Both the position numbers and the translations under genes were made by a program. A DNA stretch of 64,000 bases from positions 1 to 64,000 of the forward strand of contig CAKZQG010000011.1 in assembly GCA_937139605.1 (NCBI GenBank), given 5' to 3'. This document shows positions 1-10,867 of this stretch, piece after piece; within the stretch, counting starts at the first letter, position 1; each line of letters starts with the position of its first letter. This DNA is from an uncultured bacterium. Its GTDB lineage: Bacteria > DRYD01. A model generated the notes under the pieces. That model saw only the letters and a program-made list of their open reading frames with translations. It did not search any database and had not been told where the DNA came from.

Positions 1-336
1 GAACTCTTTTAAGAATCTCAAATTTAGGTTTAAAACCTTTTCGGTATAGCTTTAAAAAATATTGATTATTGTTTTTATCTGAAATTAAATAATAATCAGC
101 CTCTGCTCCTTTAAAATCCATTTCCATTTTAATTTTATATTGTTCTAAAAAATAAGTGAGTTTTATTAAGGTATTATCAATTAATTTTTGTTCAGATAAT
201 AAATTATCATATGAATTATTATAATCAGAATTTACTTGAGTTAATTCTATATAAGTTTTATCCACATCAGTTTTATCAATATCAGTCTTATGTATATTAT
301 TTTTATTAATATCATCTGAATTGAGATTACCCATTT
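1..336 (-). CDS. Partial Ser/Thr protein kinase paralog (N-terminal part; continues beyond window start)
   Basis: Reverse-strand translation from ATG at 336-334 gives MGNLNSDD...GAEADYYLISDKNNNQYFLKLYRKGFKP. This is closely similar to the ATP-binding N-lobe of the kinase at 33562 (GGQADIFLVKNKNQQHFVLKLYKKN). The ORF runs off the window edge. Confidence 0.4.
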
Positions 337-469
337 ATAACCTCCAAAAAATATATCCTAATTTTTTTTATACTATTCAAAAAAAAATTCCTCTTTTTTA
401 ATAAATATTAAAACAAAGGAAAAATTAGAAAATTAAATAAATAATAAAAAAGAATAAACAATAAAAATA

Positions 470-1411
470 ATGTTAAATGTAAGTTTAATAATTCCGTTTA
501 AAGATTATAATGAAATATTTTTAAATAATTTATTAGCTTTAAACTATCAGGAATATAAAAATTTTGAAGTGCTTATTATAGATAATTCCTTAAAATTAGA
601 AGAGATATTAAAAGGAAGTAATATTTTAAATAAAATAGGGTATGAATTAAAGATAATAAAAGGAGATGGCAAAAGTAGAGCATCAGCAAGAAATATAGGG
701 ATTCTAAACGCTAAAAATGATATAACCTTATTCTTAGACGCTGATATGTTAGCTCATAAAAATTTAATAAAAGAACATATAAAAATTTATAAATCATTTA
801 AAAATAAAAATATAGCAACAATCGGCTTAGAATTAAGAATAAATAACTTATCTATACTTAATAATTTTAATAATTACTTAGATTTCATTAACAATATCCA
901 CTATAACTATCCAAAAAGTAGAAGTAAATTAAAATCAAGAAAATTAAAGTGGTATAAATTCCTAACAGGGAATCTTTCATCATATAAAGAAAACTTTATA
1001 AAAGCGGGGTTATTCGATGAAGCCTTTAAAACCTATGGTTTTGAAGATTTAGAATTAGGTTATAGATTTAATAAGCTAGGAATAAATCTAATATTTAATC
1101 CATTATCAGTATGCTACCATCTACACCCACTAAACTTTAACCAAAGAACTAAAAATAAAATAGAATCAATAATAAACTTATCCTTATTTTTTAATAAATA
1201 CAAAAATAAAAACATCCTAAAAGTCTTAGGAATAAATATATTCTCAGATATACTCTATAAATCAATCCCCAAAAATATACTAACTTTAATAGAAAAAAAA
1301 CTAAAAGAATATTATAATAATAACAATATCAAAGAAAACAAAATTATTAAACTATTAGAAGATATATATGTAAATTATCATTTTTATAATTCCTTTAAAA
1401 ATCAAAAGTAA
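470..1411 (+). CDS. Family 2 glycosyltransferase
   Basis: N-terminal IIPFKDYNE...VLIIDNS plus DAD (DxD) and GFEDLELGYR motifs, typical of GT-A/GT2. Confidence 0.7.
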   Translation: MLNVSLIIPFKDYNEIFLNNLLALNYQEYKNFEVLIIDNSLKLEEILKGSNILNKIGYELKIIKGDGKSRASARNIGILNAKNDITLFLDADMLAHKNLIKEHIKIYKSFKNKNIATIGLELRINNLSILNNFNNYLDFINNIHYNYPKSRSKLKSRKLKWYKFLTGNLSSYKENFIKAGLFDEAFKTYGFEDLELGYRFNKLGINLIFNPLSVCYHLHPLNFNQRTKNKIESIINLSLFFNKYKNKNILKVLGINIFSDILYKSIPKNILTLIEKKLKEYYNNNNIKENKIIKLLEDIYVNYHFYNSFKNQK

Positions 1412-1551
1412 TTTTCATAATAAAATAGGCTTCTTATTTTTACAATTAATTAACTTTTTATTAATATTTTTTTAACATTTTTGAATTAAATTTAAAATGG
1501 ATGTGGTAAAAGAAGGTTTATATGGTAGTAGATTTACGGAGGTGAAAAATA

Positions 1552-1959
1552 ATGAGTTTTATGAATGAGTTATTTGGAGATCATTATGAGTATATGAGGA
1601 AAGCATTAGATGCAGCCTGGCAAAGACAACAAGTTATAGCAAGTAACATAGCAAATGTAGCTAACCCTAATTATGTTGCTAAAGATTTAAACTTTGAACA
1701 AGTGTTTGCAGAAATAAGAAAAGAAATAGATAATAAAAATGATCCATTTAATGTTAAATTACAAGCAGACGAAGAAGGACACATAACAAATGACGTAGAG
1801 CTAGCAAGTTATACTCCACAAGCAGAATCAATAAGCAAAAGACCCGATATAAATGAAGAAATGAATAAAATCTTAGAAAATCAAATAAAATATCAATTAC
1901 TATTAAAAGGAGCTTCATCTCCCTTAAAAAGTTTAACCGAAATATTCGAAAGAATGTAA
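1552..1959 (+). CDS. flgB: Flagellar basal-body rod protein FlgB
   Basis: SNIANVANPNYVAKDL N-terminal rod motif, 135 aa, good RBS (GGAGGTG) upstream, followed by fliE and flgC. Confidence 0.85.
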   Translation: MSFMNELFGDHYEYMRKALDAAWQRQQVIASNIANVANPNYVAKDLNFEQVFAEIRKEIDNKNDPFNVKLQADEEGHITNDVELASYTPQAESISKRPDINEEMNKILENQIKYQLLLKGASSPLKSLTEIFERM

Positions 1960-1988
1960 ATAAATAATAAAATAAAAGGGGTGATTTT

Positions 1989-2306
1989 ATGAACATAAAT
2001 GATAATTTAAACAACTTTAATATAATAAAGCCAGAAAAAATAGCTAATCCTTTTAAAACTGAAGAATCTAAAGAAACTACAGGAATGACCACTTTTGGAC
2101 AATTATTTAATAACGTTATCGGAGGAGTTAATAATAAACTATTAGAAGCAGGGGAAATGAGTAGAAAAGTAGCAAGTGGAGAAGTTAAAGACATTAATCA
2201 AGTAGTATTTGCTTGGCAAGAAGCTGGATTATTACTAAAAATGACAAGAGGGATAGCACAAAAACTAATAGAAGGAGCTAAAACTTTATTCCAAACAAAT
2301 ATCTAA
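1989..2306 (+). CDS. fliE: Flagellar hook-basal body complex protein FliE
   Basis: 105 aa. C-terminal pattern VVFAWQEAGLLLKMTRGIAQKLIEGAK matches the FliE signature (V.....A..E....Q...VRNKLV.AYQEI). RBS AAAAGGGGTG upstream. Located between flgB and flgC. Confidence 0.6.
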   Translation: MNINDNLNNFNIIKPEKIANPFKTEESKETTGMTTFGQLFNNVIGGVNNKLLEAGEMSRKVASGEVKDINQVVFAWQEAGLLLKMTRGIAQKLIEGAKTLFQTNI

Positions 2307-2343
2307 TTTTTAATTAATTTTAATTAAAAAGGAGGGGTTAAGT

Positions 2344-2790
2344 ATGTTTGATGCATTGAAAATAGCTGCAACTGGTATGAGTGCAAGTAGACAAATGATG
2401 GACGTAGTTGCAGAAAATATCGCTAACGCTAATACCACAATGACAATATCTGGAGAACCATACAAAAGAAAAGACGTAGTATTAGCTGCTAAAGATTTAA
2501 ATGAAAATGATGATATACTTACAGTCAGTTTCGAAGAAGAATACGAAAAACAAGTAGCAGGAGTTGAAGTAGTCGGTATAAAAGAAGCTAACAATGGATT
2601 CAGAAAAGTATATGATCCTACTAACCCCAATGCAGATAAAGACGGATATGTAACTCTACCTAATGTTAATGTAGTAGAAGAAATGGCTAAAATGATTCAA
2701 GCTTCCAGAATGTATGAAGCTAACACCAGTGTAGTAGAATCTATCAAAAATATGGCTACTAAAGCACTAGAATTAATTCAACAACAATAA
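2344..2790 (+). CDS. flgC: Flagellar basal-body rod protein FlgC
   Basis: ATGMSASRQMMDVVAENIANANTT N-term and YVTLPNVNVVEEMAKMIQASRMYEAN C-term are canonical FlgC. Confidence 0.9.
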   Translation: MFDALKIAATGMSASRQMMDVVAENIANANTTMTISGEPYKRKDVVLAAKDLNENDDILTVSFEEEYEKQVAGVEVVGIKEANNGFRKVYDPTNPNADKDGYVTLPNVNVVEEMAKMIQASRMYEANTSVVESIKNMATKALELIQQQ

Positions 2791-2961
2791 CTAAAACCTA
2801 AAAAAACTAAAAATAAAAAATTAAATTAATATCCTGTTAAATGGATGTGTTTTCTTTAATAAATAATAAATACTCTCATTAAACAACTAGAAACTCAAAA
2901 TTTATTATAATAAAGTTAGTTAGAAAATCTTATCGGTTTCATTTATTTTATTCATTTATAT

Positions 2962-3792
2962 TTATCTATTATTAGCTAATTTATAAAGTCTTTTTATTCT
3001 TTCTTCAATAGGTGGGTGTGTAGAAAATAAGTTTAATAAAGATTGAGGATTAACAATAAATAAATGATTAAAAGCTAAATTTTGTTTATATAATGGAATA
3101 TTAGAAGCGTAATAATGTAATTTTTCAAGAGCTTTAGCTAAGGAAATAGGGTCATTTATTATTTTAGCACCTGTTTGGTCTGCTAAGTACTCTCTAGTAC
3201 GAGAAACAGCCATCTGAATTATCAAAGCAATAATCGGCCCCAAAATTAATATCAATAAATAAGAAAATATATTAATATTATTATTTTCATCGTCTCGTCT
3301 AAAAAAGAAAGTCCATTGGAAAATATCAATAACAATGCTAATAGCCGCAGCTATACCAGCAGCAATTGTAGAAATAAGAATATCCCTATTCTTTATATGA
3401 GCAATCTCATGAGCTATAACTCCCCTTATTTCATTATAATCTAATAAATTTATCAAGCCTGTAGTAATAGCAACTGCAGAATGATGCGGATTTCTACCAG
3501 TAGCAAAAGCATTAGGCTGATCTTCTTCTATTATATAAACCTTAGGGGTGGGAATATTTGCTCTAAAAGCTACTTCTTTAACTATATCATAAATCTCTCC
3601 GCTATTAACCTCTTTAGCATTATAATAACTTAATACAATTTTATCTGAAAAATAATAACTAATAAAATTAATAATCATAGCTACACCTAAAGCTATATAC
3701 ATCCCAACTTCACCAGCTAATAACTTACCTATAAACAAAAACATAGCTGTTAATAATGTTATTAAAAATATAGTTTTAAAATAATAAAACAT
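2962..3792 (-). CDS. htpX: Zinc metalloprotease HtpX (M48 family)
   Basis: HEIAHIKNRD (HExxH) and N-terminal TM helices. Start moved to internal Met (MFYYFKT) because a GGAGGGA RBS lies 8 nt upstream (RC of 3801-3807); the track start at 3828 lacks an RBS. Confidence 0.8.
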   Translation of the reverse strand: MFYYFKTIFLITLLTAMFLFIGKLLAGEVGMYIALGVAMIINFISYYFSDKIVLSYYNAKEVNSGEIYDIVKEVAFRANIPTPKVYIIEEDQPNAFATGRNPHHSAVAITTGLINLLDYNEIRGVIAHEIAHIKNRDILISTIAAGIAAAISIVIDIFQWTFFFRRDDENNNINIFSYLLILILGPIIALIIQMAVSRTREYLADQTGAKIINDPISLAKALEKLHYYASNIPLYKQNLAFNHLFIVNPQSLLNLFSTHPPIEERIKRLYKLANNR

Positions 3793-3856
3793 AGTTAAAT
3801 CCCTCCTTCTATATATATAATTCTCCAAAAACTAAAATTTTTATACACTTTTTAAT

Positions 3857-4537
3857 TTAATTATTTTTTAGAACATAATTTCCAAAATTCAAGTAATTAC
3901 TAAATATCTTTCTATAATGATCATTAATTTTTTTAAGTAAATAAAAATATTGTATAAATCCTAAATTATTAAAAGCGAACGTTAAAAATTGAGGTAAATT
4001 TTTCAAACCATTATTAAAATTAGCTCTATCAAAATCTATAATATAAATACTACAAATTTTATTTTCTCTAATTTTAAATATAACATGTTTAAAAGGCCTA
4101 TTCCATTCATCTTTAAATATACCCTCTATATCCAAAATTATACAAATCTTTATCAAAACCTTATAAATATTAATTAATAATTTCTTTTTAAGTTTATCAT
4201 TAGATACATAATTAACAATTTTTAATAAATTCTTTAAATTAATTCCATCTATATACTCCATTATAAAATAAAGTTTATCTAAATCGTAATAAAATAATTT
4301 AGGAACAAAGGGATATCTAGAAAGCTTTTGTAATGAAAAAATCTCTTTATAAAAATTAGCTTTTAGTTCATAAGAGATAAATTGTTTTTTTATTAATTTC
4401 TTATTATCATCTACTTTAAAAAATTTATAAAGATTAAGAGAAGAACTATCACTTTGAATAAAAGATAAAACACTATGCCTTCCTTTAAATTCACATTCCT
4501 TAAACTCAAGCCTTTTTATAATATCTTTTATCTCCAT
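3857..4537 (-). CDS. Small atypical protein-kinase-like protein (Bud32/RIO/Kdo-kinase-like fold)
   Basis: 226 aa. ...MEYIDGINLKNLL... followed by IYIIDFDRANF resembles the hinge and DFG-like segment of small eukaryotic-like kinases. Weak, pattern-based. Confidence 0.3.
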   Translation of the reverse strand: MEIKDIIKRLEFKECEFKGRHSVLSFIQSDSSSLNLYKFFKVDDNKKLIKKQFISYELKANFYKEIFSLQKLSRYPFVPKLFYYDLDKLYFIMEYIDGINLKNLLKIVNYVSNDKLKKKLLINIYKVLIKICIILDIEGIFKDEWNRPFKHVIFKIRENKICSIYIIDFDRANFNNGLKNLPQFLTFAFNNLGFIQYFYLLKKINDHYRKIFSNYLNFGNYVLKNN

Positions 4538-4595
4538 AATAATCTTGTTATTGCTAACTAAAATAAAAATTTAATATAAATAGCAAAAATCCTTT

Positions 4596-5867
4596 TTGAA
4601 TATTAACAAAGGGAAAACAAAAAAAATAAAAAATAAAAATAATATGAAAGAACAAAAAAATAATATAAACTTTACAGTTTTTGTAGCATCATTAGGATAT
4701 TTTGTAGATATTTTTGATTTAACTTTATTTGGAATCCTTAGGGTTAGTAGTCTTAAAGATTTAAATTTAAATCCCGATCAAATTACAAATATAGGACTTA
4801 ATATATTAGCGCTTCAAATGTTAGGAATGCTAATAGGAGGAATAGTATGGGGGATAATTGGCGATAAAATCGGTAGAAAATTCGCAATGTTCGGCTCAAT
4901 TTTAATGTTTTCCTTAGCTAATATCCTAAATGCTTTTATAACAGATGTTAATCAATACACAATTTTAAGATTCATAGCAGGTATAGGATTAGCAGGCCAA
5001 TTAGGATCAGCTATAACATTAGTATCTGAATTAGCAGAAAAAGAAAAACGAGGATATTATAATGCAGTTATCGCATCCTTAGGATTATTAGGTGCCTTAT
5101 TCGCTTCATTATTATCATTTTTCATACACTGGAGAATAATGTATCTTATAGGTGGTATCCTAGGATTACTACTATTACTTTTAAGATATAACACATTAGA
5201 AAGTGAAATATTCAAAAAAGAACAAAAAGAAGAAGAAAATATCCCAAAAGGAAATATAATATTACTAATAAAAAATTTCAACACATTCTTTAGATATTTA
5301 AAAATACTGTTAATAGGAATCCCGATATGGTTTGTTTTTAGTATATTATTAACTTTTTCTCCAGAAGTATCTCAAGCAATAAATAAAGGATATAATGCTA
5401 ATGCTGCTATAAGTCTAATGTTAGGATATATCGGAGTATCTCTTGGAGATATCTTAGCAGGAATAATATCCCAAAAACTTAAAAGTAGAAAAAAACCTAT
5501 CTTTATTTTTCTTATCCTACTTTCTATAACAATTATACTTTATATACACATTAGTTATAATCTAATGATTTTTTATTTATTTAATTTAGTTTTAGGGATA
5601 TTAAGCGGATATTGGGTATTGTTTTTAACAATAGGGGCAGAGGAATTCGGAACTAATATAAGATCAACAGTAGTAAATACTTTACCAAACTTTGTTAGAG
5701 GCTCAGTTTATTTAATAGTATCGATATTTAAAACTATAAAAGATTATCTCGGTTTTATTAACGCTACTTTAATTATTGGGTTCTTTTTTATTATCTTAGC
5801 TTTTATATCACTTATTTTTATAAAAGAAACCTTTGCTAAAGACCTTAATTTTTACGAAAAATCTTAA
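4596..5867 (+). CDS. MFS transporter
   Basis: 12 predicted TM helices and the GDKIGRKF loop motif between TM2 and TM3. The true start may be the Met at 4644. Confidence 0.65.
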   Translation: MNINKGKTKKIKNKNNMKEQKNNINFTVFVASLGYFVDIFDLTLFGILRVSSLKDLNLNPDQITNIGLNILALQMLGMLIGGIVWGIIGDKIGRKFAMFGSILMFSLANILNAFITDVNQYTILRFIAGIGLAGQLGSAITLVSELAEKEKRGYYNAVIASLGLLGALFASLLSFFIHWRIMYLIGGILGLLLLLLRYNTLESEIFKKEQKEEENIPKGNIILLIKNFNTFFRYLKILLIGIPIWFVFSILLTFSPEVSQAINKGYNANAAISLMLGYIGVSLGDILAGIISQKLKSRKKPIFIFLILLSITIILYIHISYNLMIFYLFNLVLGILSGYWVLFLTIGAEEFGTNIRSTVVNTLPNFVRGSVYLIVSIFKTIKDYLGFINATLIIGFFFIILAFISLIFIKETFAKDLNFYEKS

Positions 5868-8800
5868 TCAAAAACAATATAACTAAACCTAAAGGTAACA
5901 AAATTAAAATATAAAACAAATTAAATACAATAAAAAACTTACTAAACGGTTGATAAAATAAATTTATAAAATACTCTCCTTTAGGAATAATAGCTCCCTT
6001 AACTAAGCCATTAACCTTTAATATAGGTACCTCAATTTTATCTCCATTTTTATCCTGTAAATACATCCTAAAACCCGGAAAATATAAACTATTTATTACA
6101 ATAAAAACATCCGAATCAGATTTTATATTCATCTTTAAATCCCCATTCCCTATACTCTCTACTTTTAAATAATTATTTTCTCTAAAATTGCTATTTAAAT
6201 CTTTATTGTTAATGGAATAAATAAATAAACTATTTACTTTTAAAAAATTATTATTAAAAATATATTTTTTAAACTGTACAGGTAATATTCCTAAAAGTTT
6301 AAAATAAGATATATACTTTTTATCATTTATGATTTTAGAAAAATCAGAAGAATAAATAAAATCTTTAGTAATTAAAACTTCCTTATATGGATTAAATCTC
6401 AAAAAATAGAAATAATACTTTAATTCATTTAAATCATTAATTAGTTTAATATTACTAACAGTATAAACCAAAGGTAAAGCCTGGTCATTAACATAAACTC
6501 TCTTTTCCATTACATCCTTTAAATAATAATAAGCTAAAGGAAAATCCAGCTTGTTTGGTTTAACTTCTAAATTCTTAAGGGAATCATTAATAAACTTGTT
6601 ATTAAGATTATTTTTAAAGTCAGGTACAAAAGCAAAAGGATATTCAATTATTTCTATTTCTTTTATATCATACTTTCTATTATAACTATAAAGAGAAAAA
6701 ATATTTAATTTAACATTACCATTAAAATCTGCTTCTTTTTTACTTTTCAAAACCAATGGAACACATATATAAGCATAATCATCATTCCTAAAATAATAAT
6801 CATTAACAAAATAATAACATAAGGAATTATCATATTGATCTTTTAATTCAATACCTAAGCCATCAGATTGATTAAAAATAAGTTTCCTATATCTTGTTTT
6901 AATATTTTCCTTAGATAATTTAGCTTTAATAGCTAGAGCTAAAACCTGACTTTCAGGCTTTATTTTAAAAGAATAACTTATAACAGAATCATAACCCAAA
7001 CCTACTGAATAATAATAATTTTTTGTATTTTTATCATAAGTGTAAGAAAAAGAGACATTTTTAGTATCAAGTTTAGTTAAATCCACTTTATAATAACTAC
7101 TTTTTTTGAGATATTCTAAATAATTTAAAGGCCGTAATAAAGTAACTGGCGTTAAATTACTATAAAGTTTATCAAATTCTTGATTGATAATTAAATACTT
7201 AACAGAAAAAGTAGTAAATATAAAATTATTAACTAAAAAGAAATAATCAGTAGGTTCTAAGAAACTCCCATTCATCCAAATACTAAATAAAAATAAGAAA
7301 TCTTTATTAATAACAGGTTCATAATAATTTAACATCTTTTTATTATTTATAGCACTAACAAGTAAAGGAAATCCAGATAAATAACACATCCTATACTCAC
7401 TCTCAACAAAATCAGTAGAATAATTATAAGCTTTAATATTCTCCGGTTTAGCCCACCATATACTTCTATAATTTGGACTTAAATTATAAAATAAATATAA
7501 ACTTTCAAATAAAAACATAAAATTAAATAAAATCAAAATAAAAATCTTAAAATCTATAAAAAATTCCCTATTTTTAAAAAACTTATAAATAATTAAAAAT
7601 ATCGTAAAAATAGCAATATAAACAAATAAAAACAACATCGGAAAAAATAACTCAACAGAATGTATAGTTAAATTACTTAAGTTTTGAGAGATCTTTTGAT
7701 TAACTAAAGAAATCACAAAAAAAATAATCACTATTAAATAAGTATAAAATGAAATTTTAATAAAATCAATAAACTTTTCAAATTGAAATTTAATAAATAA
7801 TAAATAAATTGATAGGGGGATAATAATAGCTTGAAATAAATTGAACTCCATTAAATGTCTAGCAACTACTCTAACCTTAGAATAAAATGGGATATCATAT
7901 AAAAGATAATGTAAGATATTGTATTTTCCTAAAGCAAGTAAAAAACCAATTATTCCTAAAACAGCTATAAACTTATAATTATATAATTTTTCTTTATAAA
8001 TATAAAATAAAGCAAAAATAGTTAGTGGTAATGAAATAACACTGATAAAATTAAGAAACTCAAAGGAAATAGTACCTGTTTCTGGACCATAATAACTTCT
8101 ATAAACAGATCCCCCAAAAATATACGGAATAACTTGCATAATTAAAGCATAAGGAGGATAAGACCCTTGATTATATATACTACTAGATAAAATATCTCTT
8201 ACTGAAACAGAAGCTAACTTAATCCCCTCAGATAAAACAACATAACTACCTATTAAAAATAAAATAAAACTTATAAAAAACATAAAAAAAATCCGAATAT
8301 TTTTAGAAATAATAATATAAATAATAACAGCAATAAAAGTATATAAAAATGCCTGGGGATAACCAGCTAAAAACTGATATAACAAACTTATACCTAATAA
8401 TACTATATAAAACCCATTAATAAATATATTTTTCAGTAAACTTTTAGTAAAATCATAATTATCAATAATCAAATGAATAGAAAGGATACTTAAAGCTAAA
8501 TAAGGGATAGAATTTTGTAAAGGAATAAAATCCACATGAGAAACAATAAACCCACTTAACCCAAATAATATACCAGACATAAAAGCTAATATCTTTACAA
8601 TAATTTTATTATTTTCTATTTTAGAAATTAAATAAAAAGAGTAAAGGAAAGCAAAAAACTCAGCCATTACAAAATGCAAAAATATACTTAAATTATACCC
8701 AATATATGGATCAAAGAATTTAAAAATAATTAAATTAAAGGGATAAAATGCTCCACTTTGAATTATCCCCAAAAATGGGAGCCCCAAAGCTTGATAATCA

Positions 8801-9048
8801 AACCATAATGGAATAGTTCCCTCTTTTAAATTATCTGATAAAAAAACCCTTAAAGGTAAAAATTGATTATAAGTATCAGCACTACCAATTACATACGAAG
8901 TAGATGAAAAAAAATTCTTTAAATACTGTCCAAAAACTGGGTAAAAATAAATAAAAGTAATTAAAATATATAAAGTTAAAATATCTAAATTATATTTAAA
9001 AATCAATTTCAAAAATAAGAAAAAAAAGTTAGCAATTTTTTTGATCAT
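5845..9048 (-). CDS. Large polytopic membrane protein (YfhO/GT-C-like N-terminal TM domain plus ~500-aa extracytoplasmic C-terminal domain)
   Basis: 1067 aa. More than 12 hydrophobic helices in the first ~480 aa, then a soluble Asn/Tyr-rich domain and a final TM. No catalytic motif recognised with confidence. Confidence 0.4.
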   Translation of the reverse strand: MIKKIANFFFLFLKLIFKYNLDILTLYILITFIYFYPVFGQYLKNFFSSTSYVIGSADTYNQFLPLRVFLSDNLKEGTIPLWFDYQALGLPFLGIIQSGAFYPFNLIIFKFFDPYIGYNLSIFLHFVMAEFFAFLYSFYLISKIENNKIIVKILAFMSGILFGLSGFIVSHVDFIPLQNSIPYLALSILSIHLIIDNYDFTKSLLKNIFINGFYIVLLGISLLYQFLAGYPQAFLYTFIAVIIYIIISKNIRIFFMFFISFILFLIGSYVVLSEGIKLASVSVRDILSSSIYNQGSYPPYALIMQVIPYIFGGSVYRSYYGPETGTISFEFLNFISVISLPLTIFALFYIYKEKLYNYKFIAVLGIIGFLLALGKYNILHYLLYDIPFYSKVRVVARHLMEFNLFQAIIIPLSIYLLFIKFQFEKFIDFIKISFYTYLIVIIFFVISLVNQKISQNLSNLTIHSVELFFPMLFLFVYIAIFTIFLIIYKFFKNREFFIDFKIFILILFNFMFLFESLYLFYNLSPNYRSIWWAKPENIKAYNYSTDFVESEYRMCYLSGFPLLVSAINNKKMLNYYEPVINKDFLFLFSIWMNGSFLEPTDYFFLVNNFIFTTFSVKYLIINQEFDKLYSNLTPVTLLRPLNYLEYLKKSSYYKVDLTKLDTKNVSFSYTYDKNTKNYYYSVGLGYDSVISYSFKIKPESQVLALAIKAKLSKENIKTRYRKLIFNQSDGLGIELKDQYDNSLCYYFVNDYYFRNDDYAYICVPLVLKSKKEADFNGNVKLNIFSLYSYNRKYDIKEIEIIEYPFAFVPDFKNNLNNKFINDSLKNLEVKPNKLDFPLAYYYLKDVMEKRVYVNDQALPLVYTVSNIKLINDLNELKYYFYFLRFNPYKEVLITKDFIYSSDFSKIINDKKYISYFKLLGILPVQFKKYIFNNNFLKVNSLFIYSINNKDLNSNFRENNYLKVESIGNGDLKMNIKSDSDVFIVINSLYFPGFRMYLQDKNGDKIEVPILKVNGLVKGAIIPKGEYFINLFYQPFSKFFIVFNLFYILILLPLGLVILFLIKIFRKN

Positions 9049-9075
9049 TTATATTTTAAACCAAATAGATACCAA

Positions 9076-10857
9076 TTAATCATTAACTTGTAATACTTGC
9101 CAGAAAGCTTCTTGTGGGATAGGAACTTTTCCGACAGTTTTCATTCGTTTTTTTCCTTCTTTTTGTTTTTCTAACAGTTTTCTTTTTCTTGTTACATCTC
9201 CTCCATAGCATTTAGCTAATACATCTTTTTTTAAGGGTTTAACACTTTCAGAAGCTATAACTCTTGAACCAATTGCTGCTTGAATTTTATACTCAAATAA
9301 CTGTCTCCCAATTGTTTCTCTTAATTTTTGAACAATTTTTCTAGATATATAATAAGCTTTATCTTCATGAACTATAAAAGATAACGCATCGACTTTAGTA
9401 TTATGAACTAAAATATCTACTTTAACTAAATCAGATTCCCTATAATCTAAAAATTCATAATCAAAACTAGCATATCCTTTTGAATAGGATTTCAATTTAT
9501 CGTAAAAATCTACAATTATTTCACTTAATGGAGCTTCTATTTCTAAGATAATTAAATTGCCTGCTTTTTCTGTATGAACCACTTGCCCCCTTTTATCCTG
9601 TACCAACTTTAATATCTCATTTAAAAACTCATGGGGTAATATTATTTTCCCTTTTATATAAGGTTCTAGTACTTTCTTAATTTTTTTATTATCAGGCCAT
9701 AATGAAGGAGAATCTATTTCTAATTCCTGATCATCTTGTGTTATTAATTTATATCTAACAGTAGGAGTAGTAGCTACTATATTTAAATTAAAATGTCTTT
9801 CTAATCTTTCCTGAACTATCTGCATATGCAAAACCCCTAAGAAGCCGCATCTAAATCCCAAACCCAAAGCTAATGAAGATTCCTTTTCATAATATAAAGC
9901 GCTATCATTTAATTTTAATTTAGCAATAGCTTCTTGCAAATTAAGATAATCATCTCCATCAGCCGGATAAAATCCACAAAAAACCATAGGCTTAGGGGGT
10001 CTAAATCCTTTTAAGGGCTCTATATCAATATTATAATATCCTACAGTATCTCCTACTAATGTATCTTCTAAGCTTTTAATATTAGCACAAAAATATCCAA
10101 CTTCACCCGCCTTTAATTCATTTACTTCTTTATAAAAAGGCATAAATACTCCAACTTCAGAAACTTCATAAACCTTATTATTAGATAAAAACTTTATCTT
10201 AGTACCTTTTTTTATAATTCCATCAAAAACTCTTATATAAACTATAACTCCTTTATAACTATCATAAACAGCATCAAAAATTAGCGCTCTTAAAGGACGA
10301 TTAACATCCCCCTTAGGTTCAGGAATATCACTTATTATTTTATTTAATAACAACTCTACATTATAGCCTGTTTTAGCACTAACATGAATAAAATCTTCAT
10401 AAGGTATTAACAATATATCTTCAACTTGGTGCTTTATAAAATCTAAGTTATAATTAGGTAAATCTACTTTATTAAACACAGGAATTATAGTCAAATTAGA
10501 ATTAACAGCTAATAAATAATTAGCCAAGGTTTGAGCTTGAACCCCTTGAGTTATATCTACTAATAATATAGCACCTTCACAGCTAGCTAATGCTCTAGAT
10601 ACTTCATAACTAAAATCCACATGTCCAGGAGTATCTATTAAATTCAATACATAACCATTATACTCTAATCTAACTGGATGCGATTTTATAGTAATCCCTT
10701 TTTCTCTTTCCAAATCCATTCTATCTAAAAATTGTTCTTGTAGTTTATTTTTATCAACTAAATTAGTTAATTCTAAGAATCTATCAGCTAAAGTAGATTT
10801 TCCGTGATCTATATGTGCTATTATTGAAAAATTTCTTATTTTCTTTATATAATCCAT
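9076..10857 (-). CDS. lepA: Elongation factor 4 (LepA)
   Basis: NFSIIAHIDHGKSTLADR G1 motif, DTPGHVDF, and a LepA-specific C-terminal domain. Confidence 0.9.
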   Translation of the reverse strand: MDYIKKIRNFSIIAHIDHGKSTLADRFLELTNLVDKNKLQEQFLDRMDLEREKGITIKSHPVRLEYNGYVLNLIDTPGHVDFSYEVSRALASCEGAILLVDITQGVQAQTLANYLLAVNSNLTIIPVFNKVDLPNYNLDFIKHQVEDILLIPYEDFIHVSAKTGYNVELLLNKIISDIPEPKGDVNRPLRALIFDAVYDSYKGVIVYIRVFDGIIKKGTKIKFLSNNKVYEVSEVGVFMPFYKEVNELKAGEVGYFCANIKSLEDTLVGDTVGYYNIDIEPLKGFRPPKPMVFCGFYPADGDDYLNLQEAIAKLKLNDSALYYEKESSLALGLGFRCGFLGVLHMQIVQERLERHFNLNIVATTPTVRYKLITQDDQELEIDSPSLWPDNKKIKKVLEPYIKGKIILPHEFLNEILKLVQDKRGQVVHTEKAGNLIILEIEAPLSEIIVDFYDKLKSYSKGYASFDYEFLDYRESDLVKVDILVHNTKVDALSFIVHEDKAYYISRKIVQKLRETIGRQLFEYKIQAAIGSRVIASESVKPLKKDVLAKCYGGDVTRKRKLLEKQKEGKKRMKTVGKVPIPQEAFWQVLQVND

Positions 10858-10867
10858 ATTATATTTT

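Noticed and set aside
1754-2194. Antisense ORFs overlapping confident genes (for example 1754-2194, 2310-2630, 5057-5284, 11117-11311, 15342-15650, 16526-16771, 17478-17780, 18543-18845, 27523-27924, 35508-35693, 36905-37183, 40514-40837, 43669-43860, 44306-44930, 49613-50087, 51903-52352, 52817-53053, 55917-56102, 59468-59731)
   Set aside because: All lie on the opposite strand of genes with clear motifs, have no RBS, and are rich in Leu/Ser/Phe as expected from reverse-reading AT-rich coding DNA. Treated as spurious.
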